Source of the DNA: Octopus bimaculoides
Taxonomy: Eukaryota
Direction: 5' to 3'
DNA length: 64,000 bases
Assembly (NCBI RefSeq): GCF_001194135.2
Contig: NC_068993.1
Location: forward strand, 48,862,189 to 48,926,188
Shown: positions 25,390-37,115 of the stretch, in pieces
How positions within the stretch are numbered: position 1 is the first letter of the stretch
Layout of the letters: the number at the start of each line of letters is the position of its first letter
The notes under the pieces: model-generated
The model's database searches: none
Told to the model about the DNA's origin: nothing
What the model saw: the letters and a program-made list of their open reading frames with translations, nothing else
Translations under genes and position numbers: made by a program

Positions 25390-26020
25390 ACGGTTATTTT
25401 TTGTTAGGTGTATCATTCACAAAGTCCCGCGTGCCACACCAGTAACAGAATTCAAGGTAATTTTTCAGTAGGTGTGTCATTCACAAAGTCCGCGGGCCGC
25501 ACCTGTATCTGAATTCAAGGGGATGTTTCGTTAGGTGTATCATTCAGAAAGTCCCGCGGGCCAGTCTAGTAAAAGAATTCAAGGTTATTTTTTTCATTTG
25601 GCGTGCCATTCAGTAAGTCTCGCGGGCCACACTACTCAAAGAATTCAAGATAATTTTTCGTTAGGCGCGTCATTCGGAAAGTCCACGTTCTTAAACACTT
25701 AACGAAAAATTGCCTTGAATGTTGAATGGTGCTGGGCCTTTGAACCTTTACATTGTCAAAGTAAAGGATTAATTCCAATGAAACCAAAAATGATTAAACC
25801 TACTAAACCTATTCTATACCTACCCACATCCTTTTTGTGAACCACTATAAAACAGTCACATGACCTGAAGGGAGTACACCTAAATACATACACCTGATTA
25901 CAAAGAATTCCAGATAATTTTTCGTTAGGTGCGTCATTCAGAAAGTCCACGGGCCGCATTATTAGAAGAATTCAAGGTAATTTTTCGTTAAGTGTTTAAT
26001 TCAGAAAGTCCTGCGTGCCG
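25390..26020. repeat. ~63-bp minisatellite array with a unique insert and one inverted partial unit
   Basis: GAATTC occurs at 25448, 25511, 25575, 25641, 25905 and 25968. Unit consensus is GAATTCAAGGTAATTTTTCGTTAGGTGTGTCATTCAGAAAGTCCCGCGGGCC plus ~12 variable nt. Confidence 0.9.
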
Positions 26021-26151
26021 CGGCTTGCTCGTGACTAGTCTATCCTTTGAGGTACTCAATACTTCATTTTGTAACAGTAAAGCTTGTTTAATCTTTTAAA
26101 ATAAAGACAGGATACAAACATTCTTTTACGTACATACATACATACATATAA

Positions 26152-26228
<77 letters not shown>

Positions 26229-26520
26229 TGTGATGAGGAGAGCTCCTTAGAAAGAAATAAGGAGAATGAGAGGATGAGAGGCGAAGCTGATAGTGAGATA
26301 AAGACTTAAAGAGCATCAGAATGGATGGTTTAATGGTTTCTACGTAGACTTCCTGTCACCATAAATGACTTTATGAGAGTAGAACATCAATTAATAAAAG
26401 ATGAAAGGCTGAAAGGAGAAGGAATCTTCTCTTTGCTTGATAACGTGATTGTCAGTTTGTTAAATGTGAATCTTTGCCTTTAATGTTGTCATTGCTACGT
26501 CGATTTATACATATATATAT

Positions 26521-26625
26521 AAGGGCGGCGAGCTGGCAGAAACGTTAGCACGCTGTGCGAAATGCTTGGCGGTATTTCGTTTGCCGTTGCGTTCTGAGTT
26601 CAAATGCTAACGAGTTCAAATGCTG
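26521..26625 (+). mobile_element. SINE family B head only
   Basis: AAGGGCGGCGAGCTGGCAGAAACGTTAGCACGC...GTTCTGAGTTCAAAT. Confidence 0.8.
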
Positions 26626-26705
26626 CCTCCCCCCCCCCATCTCTACCTCCGCCAATATATCATTAGTTCTTTATTTACGTCATTATCGTCAACATCATCA
26701 CTCTC

Positions 26706-26922
26706 TCTTTACTCTTTTACTTGTTTCAGTCATTTGACTGTGGCCATGCTGGAGCACCGCCTTTAGTCGAGCAAATCGACCCCACGACTTATTCCTTGTA
26801 AGCCTAGTACTTATTCTATCGGTCTCTTTTGCCAAAACGCTATGTTACGGGGACGTAAACACGCCAGCATCGGTTTCAAGCGACGTTGGAAGACAAACAC
26901 AGACACACAAATACACACACAA

Positions 26923-26977
<55 letters not shown>

Positions 26978-27272
26978 ATATATATATNNNNNNNNNNNNN
27001 NNNNNNNNNNNNNNNNNNNNNNNNNNNNNNNNNNNNNNNNNNNNNNNNNNNNNNNNNNNNNNNNNNNNNNNNNNNNNNNNNNNNNNNNNNNNNNNNNNNN
27101 NNNNNNNNNNNNNNNNNNNNNNNNNNNNATACGACGGGCTTCTTTCAGTTTCCGTCTACCAAATCTACTTACAAGGCTTTGGTCGGCCCGAGGCTAAGGT
27201 CCCACTGCGTGGCCCAAGGTGCCGTGACCATGTGATTCGTAAGCAAGCTATTTACCACACAGCCACTCCTAC
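26706..27272 (-). mobile_element. SINE family A spanning its internal microsatellite and a gap
   Basis: Tail TTTCAGTCATTTGACTGTGGCCATGCTGG, the (CA)/(TA) core plus gap, and head TTACCACACAGCCACTCCTA. Confidence 0.88.
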
Positions 27273-27599
27273 CATTATTATTCTGAAGTTGTCATCATCA
27301 AATCCATGACCACCATTACTAACATCACCACCACCACTACCACTACAATCATCACCTTCATCATCGTCAATGTCGTTGTCGACATCATCATCATCGTCAT
27401 AATCGTCGTCGTCGTCGTGGCCATCATCATCAGCGTCATCATCCTCATCAACAACATCACCATTATTATGTTCAGCATCATAGGCACCACCATGATCTCC
27501 ATGACCATTAACTCGAAATTCTTGAACCTACCACCATCACCTTACCAAGCCCCGCCCCTATCATCATCATCATTATCCTCATCAAATTTCATCACCATC

Positions 27600-27646
27600 A
27601 GTACTAACAATTGAATTTCTTTTTGGTCCAACCTCATAACCATCCT
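27600..27646 (-). CDS. Candidate exon start (3' boundary uncertain)
   Basis: Acceptor TTAATTGTTTTCAG|, then phase 0 RMVMRLDQKEIQLL. Possible donors are weak, or lie further on at TG|GTAAGG (~27545). Confidence 0.2.
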
Positions 27647-27690
27647 CTGAAAACAATTAACCAATTCTCTCCTGAAGATACACCAATAAC

Positions 27691-27765
<75 letters not shown>

Positions 27766-28883
27766 NNNNNNNNNNNNNNNNNNNNNNNNNNNNNNNNNNN
27801 NNNNNNNNNNNNNNNNNNNNNNNNNNNNNNNNNNNNNNNNNNNNNNNNNNNNNNNNNNNNNNNNNNNNNNNNNNNNNNNNNNNNNNNNNNNNNNNNNNNN
27901 NNNNNNNNNNNNNNNNNNNNNNNNNNNNNNNNNNNNNNNNNNNNNNNNNNNNNNNNNNNNNNNNNNNNNNNNNNNNNNNNNNNNNNNNNNNNNNNNNNNN
28001 NNNNNNNNNNNNNNNNNNNNNNNNNNNNNNNNNNNNNNNNNNNNNNNNNNNNNNNNNNNNNNNNNNNNNNNNNNNNNNNNNNNNNNNNNNNNNNNNNNNN
28101 NNNNNNNNNNNNNNNNNNNNNNNNNNNNNNNNNNNNNNNNNNNNNNNNNNNNNNNNNNNNNNNNNNNNNNNNNNNNNNNNNNNNNNNNNNNNNNNNNNNN
28201 NNNNNNNNNNNNNNNNNNNNNNNNNNNNNNNNNNNNNNNNNNNNNNNNNNNNNNNNNNNNNNNNNNNNNNNNNNNNNNNNNNNNNNNNNNNNNNNNNNNN
28301 NNNNNNNNNNNNNNNNNNNNNNNNNNNNNNNNNNNNNNNNNNNNNNNNNNNNNNNNNNNNNNNNNNNNNNNNNNNNNNNNNNNNNNNNNNNNNNNNNNNN
28401 NNNNNNNNNNNNNNNNNNNNNNNNNNNNNNNNNNNNNNNNNNNNNNNNNNNNNNNNNNNNNNNNNNNNNNNNNNNNNNNNNNNNNNNNNNNNNNNNNNNN
28501 NNNNNNNNNNNNNNNNNNNNNNNNNNNNNNNNNNNNNNNNNNNNNNNNNNNNNNNNNNNNNNNNNNNNNNNNNNNNNNNNNNNNNNNNNNNNNNNNNNNN
28601 NNNNNNNNNNNNNNNNNNNNNNNNNNNNNNNNNNNNNNNNNNNNNNNNNNNNNNNNNNNNNNNNNNNNNNNNNNNNNNNNNNNNNNNNNNNNNNNNNNNN
28701 NNNNNNNNNNNNNNNNNNNNNNNNNNNNNNNNNNNNNNNNNNNNACGGTATTCGTAGCAGCAAATGTAGAAGTTGATGATGATGATGATGATGATCGAGG
28801 AGGAGGAGGAGGAGGAGGAGGAGGAGGGAGGGGGAGAAGGAAACGGAGAAGAAGAAGAAGAAGAAGAAGAAGAAGAAGAAGAA

Positions 28884-28914
<31 letters not shown>

Positions 28915-29143
28915 TTGATGAGTAACTTGATGTTATTGCTCTTTTTATCCTTGTCCATCACCTAAAATAGTCTTGCCATTTCTCTGAGTAAAGCAGATGC
29001 GTTTATTAAGGCACGTGACACCTACGTCACCATATGTCCTTCTCCAACGCCACATCATAAAGTCACATCATAAAATCATCACATAATAATGTCACATCAT
29101 AACTACGTTTGTTAACAACGACCGCAAATATATTTTCACTCAC

Positions 29144-29204
29144 TTTTCCTGGATATTTTCGCACCATCACCGATAATCGAACTTCCTCTAGTATCTGTTG
29201 GAGA
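29144..29204 (-). CDS. Candidate small coding exon (51 or 61 nt), product unknown
   Basis: Polypyrimidine tract TTTTGCTTCTCCTTTCTCCCAG| (exon start 29204), an alternative AACAG| (start 29194), and consensus donor AAAA|GTGAGT. Reads (LQQ)ILEEVRLSVMVRKYPGK; a second open frame gives TRGSSIIGDGAKISRK. Confidence 0.4.
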
Positions 29205-29253
29205 CTGGGAGAAAGGAGAAGCAAAAGACCCGGTTATTGACAGACAGACAGAC

Positions 29254-29316
<63 letters not shown>

Positions 29317-30068
29317 CAGACAGATAGATAGATAGATAGATAGTTAGGTAGATAGTTAGATAGATAGATATACAAACAGCAGGTTAATTTAGGGAAATTT
29401 CGAGATCTTTCATCTATTGATAAAATCCACTCCATGTGGAATTTTAACATATTAGAATATAACTGGTGGATATTGCCCTGAGATTCTTCACGCTGTCTTG
29501 GCTATTTATCATTGGACACATACACTTCGTTTATACTTCCAATGCAGTGAAGGTTTAACTAATCGCTATTTAAATCAATCACAATCCACAATTAGCTGTA
29601 ATAATGAGACGTATCTGCATACCGTTTGTTTCTCTGTTTACGAAGAGAATATATGCTATTAGTACTTTTTTTGAAATTATACTGTGAAATAGCTTAAAAT
29701 TAGTTATTTAACAAAATTAGATACCTGTGCATGTGTAGTCATGTGTGTGTTTGTGCATCTTCGCGTGCACGTATGTGTGTAGAATGTATAAGCTTATTAA
29801 TATATATGTGTTATACATATTGTATGCATATATATTTATATTTATGTGTATATGTATATGAATGTAAATACGTGCTTGTCAATTGTAAATCCCATATATG
29901 CGTGTGATTGTTTGTGTGTGTGTCTTGTGTGTGTTAGCAGGAGTAAGAAGCAGGAGATAGAGCGAGAACTGAGTAATACGTAACTTGACATGTAGTTATC
30001 TCGCTATCTATTCATTTAAAGCTCACGTTCATTTTAAAGATGTAAGGAGGTGCTTACAACTAAGCACG

Positions 30069-30145
<77 letters not shown>

Positions 30146-30657
30146 GGAAATAAGAAATGTAGGGAAAGGGCATGTAAGTAATGAAGGAAGCTTGGCAAGT
30201 AAAATAAATTAACGAAAGCAAAAATGGCAGCCATCTTGATCGATTTGTAGACAGATGGCGCTTGCCCCAGGCGGAAATGAATATTTAATATATTTTCACT
30301 CTTTATACGTATGTATGTGTGATTGACGGCATATTTGTCATAAGTATGTGCATGTGCAAACGGGTGCATAACTAAGGCTGTGCATGTGTGTGCATCGCTT
30401 CATTGTCTTTTGACTTTTCTAGTGAAGGAGAAGGAAAGGAGAGTCGGTAGAATTTGATTTCTTTAAAATAAATTTACTTCTTATGTAAATATTAATGCTT
30501 CGCAATGACGCATGAAAGATTTTTCAATGCAAGCTGGGAAAATAACTCTTACCATACATCACATATGTATAAATATACAGATACATAAATATATAGCATA
30601 CATATATACATACAATTATTCGTACATGCACCTATATACACATATACATACAGGTGC

Positions 30658-30713
<56 letters not shown>

Positions 30714-31090
30714 NNNNNNNNNNNNNNNNNNNNNNNNNNNNNNNNNNNNNNNNNNNNNNNNNNNNNNNNTAGAATTTGATTTCTTTAAAATAAATTTACT
30801 TCTTATGTAAATATTAATGCTTCGCAATGACGCATGAAAGATTTTTCAATGCAAGCTGGGAAAATAACTCTTACCATACATCACATATGTATAAATATAC
30901 AGATACATAAATATATAGCATACATATATACATACATATCTACACATTCATACACACGAAGATAAGTAGAAACAAATGAATTTCATTGTGTAATAGTATT
31001 ATTGTGTCAACTACTTTTCAGTTTCCTCTCTCTTTCTCCCCTCCTACCCTCCCGTCTCTCTCTCTGCATATGAATATATATACCTATATA

Positions 31091-31148
<58 letters not shown>

Positions 31149-31643
31149 ATATTCGCATCACATATGCATGGAAATACAGCAGTATGTGCATTACATTTAT
31201 AGAGTGTTTGATAAATGTATAGATAAAAACAGATAAAGGACACACACTCGTACACACACACATACACACACATATATACGAGCGCACACACAAAAATATT
31301 AAAAGATATATATTTATATATGAACATATAAATACACACACGCACACAAACATACAAATATTGTACTGTGTCGAACACTTACGCGAGAAATGTCCAATAA
31401 GTACTATAGAGTATTCGGTTTATTCAATTTTCATGTTGAGTTGCCGACTTGAGTTTCACACCACTTCGATCTACAAGCGAGAACTTTCCTACAAAATGCA
31501 AGGAAGACGCTCGGAACGTTACACCTGCTCGTTTTTCTATCTTAAACTTTCTTAAGCGTCATCCTAACACATCCACTGCCTACATCTTCTAAACTTTTGT
31601 TTTTATTTTTGATTTGCCTGATATAAATATATACACACATACA

Positions 31644-31706
<63 letters not shown>

Positions 31707-31764
31707 GCATAGACAAATACACACAAACTCACACACAGACACGCAAACACTCACATATAATGTT

Positions 31765-32045
31765 TACACAAGCCCAAGAACGTACCAAGTGGCGGTGGTT
31801 TTCACCAACATTGGAAGCAAAATTTTCGAAGCCACCAAAAGAGAAATGGAAGAAATCAAACGACAGGATAGAAAGGCTCGACAGAATCAACCTCGTTCTC
31901 TCCCAACATTGCCATGCAGCGAATGCCATCGACTCTTCTATGTAAGAATTGGCCTACAGAGCCATCAACGGTATCACTATAAAGGAAGCGTTCAGCAAAG
32001 AAAAAGATAAATTCTCGATACGAAATAAAACAGACGACGATGATA
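31765..32045 (+). pseudogene. 3' end of an RTE-clade LINE (C-terminal C2H2-like finger and 3' tail)
   Basis: AQERTKWR followed by FEATKREMEEIKRQDRKAR...LPCSECHRLFYVRIGLQSHQRYH matches RTE ORF C-termini (C..C.R.F.SRIGL.SH.R.H). It ends in GACGACGATGAT. Confidence 0.8.
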
Positions 32046-32169
32046 AACACATATGCACACAAACAGACACACACATATATGTGTGTATGTATGTATGTAT
32101 GTATGTATGTATGTATGTATGTATGTATAAAGAGGCACACACACAAACTATTGTACGCACAGAAATATA

Positions 32170-32389
32170 TACGAGAATATGCTGAAAAGTTCCTGGCTTT
32201 GGGTAAAAGAAAATACACGAGGATCAGTTAATTACGATTTTATTCAATATATTCCCCTTTCAGATTCACACAGATATTGCAGTGATCCTTCAGTTTTTTA
32301 AGCCCTGTAAAAGAACTGGGAAAGTTGGGCCTCCAGGCAGGCCTTTCGCGATACCCCTAAAGCCAAGAACTTTTCAGCAACACCTCGTA
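32170..32389. mobile_element. 220-bp mariner-type MITE
   Basis: TIRs TACGAGAATATGCTGAAAAGTTCCTGGCTTT and AAAGCCAAGAACTTTTCAGCAACACCTCGTA, with TA termini and no coding capacity. Confidence 0.88.
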
Positions 32390-32425
32390 AGAGTGCACAG
32401 GTATTCACACTGACATCTACATGCA

Positions 32426-32468
<43 letters not shown>

Positions 32469-33076
32469 TTGTCAACCAAGTGTGGTGTCCTATGCAGGAC
32501 AGTGCTACTGACGTTTATAGCCCCAGGAAGACATCTCTTCCAGCTGGCTAACGGACACACATTCTGTGTCCGATTAGTATTTGTTTGCGAGGGGAAATCT
32601 CTGCTTCCATGTCTAACCTTACGTGATACACACGGACTCGAGTAAATGGATGGTTACCCGTCCTCAGCGTGTGTTAATCACAAGCTAGTGATGAAAACTC
32701 ATTTCACATTGCAAAATACTGTATGCATTTATCAGCGACAAACTGTCGCTGATCTCGAAAAAGGAGAAATAAGCTATGTGTGTGTCTGTATGTATATATA
32801 CATATGCGTTTGGTTTCATGTCGTAGTCTTTATATCAGAGAAAAAAACGCTATACAGATTGCATAACACTATCAAACTATGGCCAAACTGCAATTCTATG
32901 CTGTTCATATTCATTCTTTCACATATTACATTTTTCATTTATACAAAAGGATATATTATACATATATATACAGTTTTTAACCGTATTGGTTCATTCTATT
33001 ATTCCTATATTCATCCTTTTTTGCATACCTCTTATTTCAGTTCAGTTACTCAGCGGTTTGTATATATAGTATGTAC

Positions 33077-33113
<37 letters not shown>

Positions 33114-34628
33114 NNNNNNNNNNNNNNNNNNNNNNNNNNNNNNNNNNNNNNNNNNNNNNNNNNNNNNNNNNNNNNNNNNNNNNNNNNNNNNNNNNNNNNN
33201 NNNNNNNNNNNNNNNNNNNNNNNNNNNNNNNNNNNNNNNNNNNNNNNNNNNNNNNNNNNNNNNNNNNNNNNNNNNNNNNNNNNNNNNNNNNNNNNNNNNN
33301 NNNNNNNNNNNNNNNNNNNNNNNNNNNNNNNNNNNNNNNNNNNNNNNNNNNNNNNNNNNNNNNNNNNNNNNNNNNNNNNNNNNNNNNNNNNNNNNNNNNN
33401 NNNNNNNNNNNNNNNNNNNNNNNNNNNNNNNNNNNNNNNNNNNNNNNNNNNNNNNNNNNNNNNNNNNNNNNNNNNNNNNNNNNNNNNNNNNNNNNNNNNN
33501 NNNNNNNNNNNNNNNNNNNNNNNNNNNNNNNNNNNNNNNNNNNNNNNNNNNNNNNNNNNNNNNNNNNNNNNNNNNNNNNNNNNNNNNNNNNNNNNNNNNN
33601 NNNNNNNNNNNNNNNNNNNNNNNNNNNNNNNNNNNNNNNNNNNNNNNNNNNNNNNNNNNNNNNNNNNNNNNNNNNNNNNNNNNNNNNNNNNNNNNNNNNN
33701 NNNNNNNNNNNNNNNNNNNNNNNNNNNNNNNNNNNNNNNNNNNNNNNNNNNNNNNNNNNNNNNNNNNNNNNNNNNNNNNNNNNNNNNNNNNNNNNNNNNN
33801 NNNNNNNNNNNNNNNNNNNNNNNNNNNNNNNNNNNNNNNNNNNNNNNNNNNNNNNNNNNNNNNNNNNNNNNNNNNNNNNNNNNNNNNNNNNNNATATATA
33901 TGCATATATATGAGTGCATGTATGTATATGTACATTATGTACATGTACATACACTGATGTAAAATATATATATATATAAATACTTTACTAACAGTTACAC
34001 ACACACACACACACACACACGTGTGCGTGCGCGCGCGTATTTTACGCATAAGTACATACACCATACACTTATATATGTGAATGAACGTGTCTTATGAGAG
34101 TGTGTTCGTGTGTGTATATATTTGTATGTACTTATATATATGCATGTCCATATTTGTATATGTATATATGTATGTATGCATGTGTGTGTGTATGCATGTG
34201 TGTGTGTATGTATGTATATGCTTATGCATGCAGCCTGGGGAGAATTGTGCATTAAATGACTGATTATTCTCTGCTTCATCTTCTTCTCCATCTTTTTTTC
34301 TTCCTCCCCTTCCTCTTCTCTTCTTCTTTTTCTTCTTCTTCCTTTCCTTCTTCTTCTTCTTCTTCTTCTTCTTCTTCTTCTTCCTCCTCTTCCTCTTCTC
34401 TGCTTCTTCGTTTTCCTTTTCTTCTTCCCCGTCCTCTTCTTCCCACGCCATCCGCAGTTCCAACAACCTCGACAACAGAACGTCTTTGGCATTCATGACT
34501 GCGTAAAGAGCAACTAATATACATACTAATAGCAGCAGGGGCAGTAGTAGTAGTAGTAGTAGTAGTAGCAGTAGCAGCAGCAGCAGCCATGTTATTATTA
34601 CTGGTATTATTACCATCATCAATACATC

Positions 34629-34668
<40 letters not shown>

Positions 34669-34725
34669 TTCGTAATAGTTGTAGTTGTAACATCAGCAGC
34701 TGCGCCACTTCAGCAGCAGCAGCAA

Positions 34726-34816
<91 letters not shown>

Positions 34817-34858
34817 TGTAGCAGCAGCAGCAGTAGTTGTTTTTATTTTAATACTACA

Positions 34859-34891
<33 letters not shown>

Positions 34892-35505
34892 GTATTTGCT
34901 TCTCTGTAATGTTTTGTTTTGACGTTGTTTGTATATATATNNNNNNNNNNNNNNNNNNNNNNNNNNNNNNNNNNNNNNNNNNNNNNNNNNNNNNNNNNNN
35001 NNNNNNNNNNNNNNNNNNNNNNNNNNNNNNNNNNNNNNNNNNNNNNNNNNNNNNNNNNNNNNNNNNNNNNNNNNNNNNNNNNNNNNNNNNNNNNNNNNNN
35101 NNNNNNNNNNNNNNNNNNNNNNNNNNNNNNNNNNNNNNNNNNNNNNNNNNNNNNNNNNNNNNNNNNNNNNNNNNNNNNNNNNNNNNNNNNNNNNNNNNNN
35201 NNNNNNNNNNNNNNNNNNNNNNNNNNNNNNNNNNNNNNNNNNNNNNNNNNNNNNNNNNNNNNNNNNNNNNNNNNNNNNNNNNNNNNNNNNNNNNNNNNNN
35301 NNNNNNNNNNNNNNNNNNNNNNNNNNNNNNNNNNNNNNNNNNNNNNNNNNNNNNNNNNNNNNNNNNNNNNNNNNNNNNNNNNNNNNNNNNNNNNNNNNNN
35401 NNNNNNNNNNNNNNNNNNNNNNNNNNNNNNNNNNNNNNNGATGAAATTCTGACGTGAAATAAAAATTCTTGTCCGCAGATATTTGATACTAGATTTGAAG
35501 TTAGC

Positions 35506-35574
<69 letters not shown>

Positions 35575-35979
35575 CGATGATGACGATGACGATTAAGACG
35601 ATGATGATGATGAAGATGATGATGAAGGCGATGATGATGATGATGATGATGATGATGACGATGATGACGATGATGACGATGATGATGAAGACNNNNNNNN
35701 NNNNNNNNNNNNNNNNNNNNNNNNNNNNNNNNNNNNNNNNNNNNNNNNNNNNNNNNNNNNNNNNNNNNNNNNNNNNNNNNNNNGCGATGATGATGATGAT
35801 GATGATGATGATGACGATGATGACGATGATGACGATGATGATGAAGACGATGATGATGATGATGATGATGAAGACGATGATGATGGTGATGATGATGACG
35901 ATGATGACGATTATAACGATGACGATGATGATGATGACGATGATGATGATGATGCTGATGATGAAGACGACGACGATGA

Positions 35980-36013
<34 letters not shown>

Positions 36014-36192
36014 GATGAAGATGACGATACTGTTGCCAAAGCAATTGCTAACCAGAGAATATTTTGAGTTGCTTTCTTTATTGTTGTTTTTGTTGTTGTT
36101 GTTGTTGCTTGAAAGTTCATTTTGCATACAGACATGCATACATACACAGATAACGCGTGTGTGTGTGTGTGTGTATCTACATGCATACATAC

Positions 36193-36234
<42 letters not shown>

Positions 36235-36239
36235 ATATG

Positions 36240-36294
<55 letters not shown>

Positions 36295-36397
36295 GAAGGG
36301 AGAGAAAGATACATATATTTATATCGATGAATTTATATGTATATATATGTGTTATACATATATATACACACACATATATATGTATATGTATATATTC

Positions 36398-36451
<54 letters not shown>

Positions 36452-36467
36452 TCATATGTATATATTC

Positions 36468-36536
<69 letters not shown>

Positions 36537-36969
36537 TATATATACAAACATGCATACATACAAACTGAGTATATAAATTCACATATGAATATATATATAT
36601 ATATATATGAGTACACGTGTGTTTTTATGAACAGGTATGTATGTATTTTTGTGTGCGAACGTTCATGTGTGTGTTTGCGTGAGTGTTTGTGTGTGTATGT
36701 GTGTGTGTCTTTGTGTGTGCATGTGATTTTTTTTTCCATCTATTTATTTATAAATGTGGTTGGTTTTGTGGACGGCGGTGAAGACTTGGAGCTACAAAGC
36801 GTTTATGGAGCCTTTTGAATAAGACAGGAAAAATGGTACAATTATTGTGTTTCAATGCAACCTGCTTGCGTCATGGTTAAGTGCAGCGCTCATCAGCAAC
36901 AGAAAATTACGTTGTCTGCGTTGAGGAAAAATTTCTTTTTTTAATAAATATCGTTTCTTTTTTATGGAG

Positions 36970-37115
36970 TAGGCAGGAGGCGAATTTGCAGTATTCCTTC
37001 TGATTCTCAGCGAGCTGAGTTCAAGTCCGACCGAGGTCAATTTTATGTTTTTATCTTTTTAAGGTCGATAAAGAGATATCATGTTTTATCCTTTTACGGT
37101 CGATAAATAAATACC
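36970..37115 (+). mobile_element. SINE family B, diverged
   Basis: GAGTTCAAGTCCGACCGAGGTCAATTTT...ATCCTTTTACGGTCGATAAATAAATACCA. Confidence 0.65.

Noticed and set aside
25390-26020. CRISPR-like repeat-spacer appearance
   Set aside because: The linkers are only ~12 nt and related to each other, the repeats are diverged, there are no cas genes, and the context is eukaryotic.
34457-34501. Plus-strand 45-nt exon candidate; also candidates near 13498-13530, 16791-17106 and 39617-39642
   Set aside because: The pyrimidine tracts come from microsatellites, no coherent chain or recognisable peptide emerges, and they are compatible with chance splice signals.
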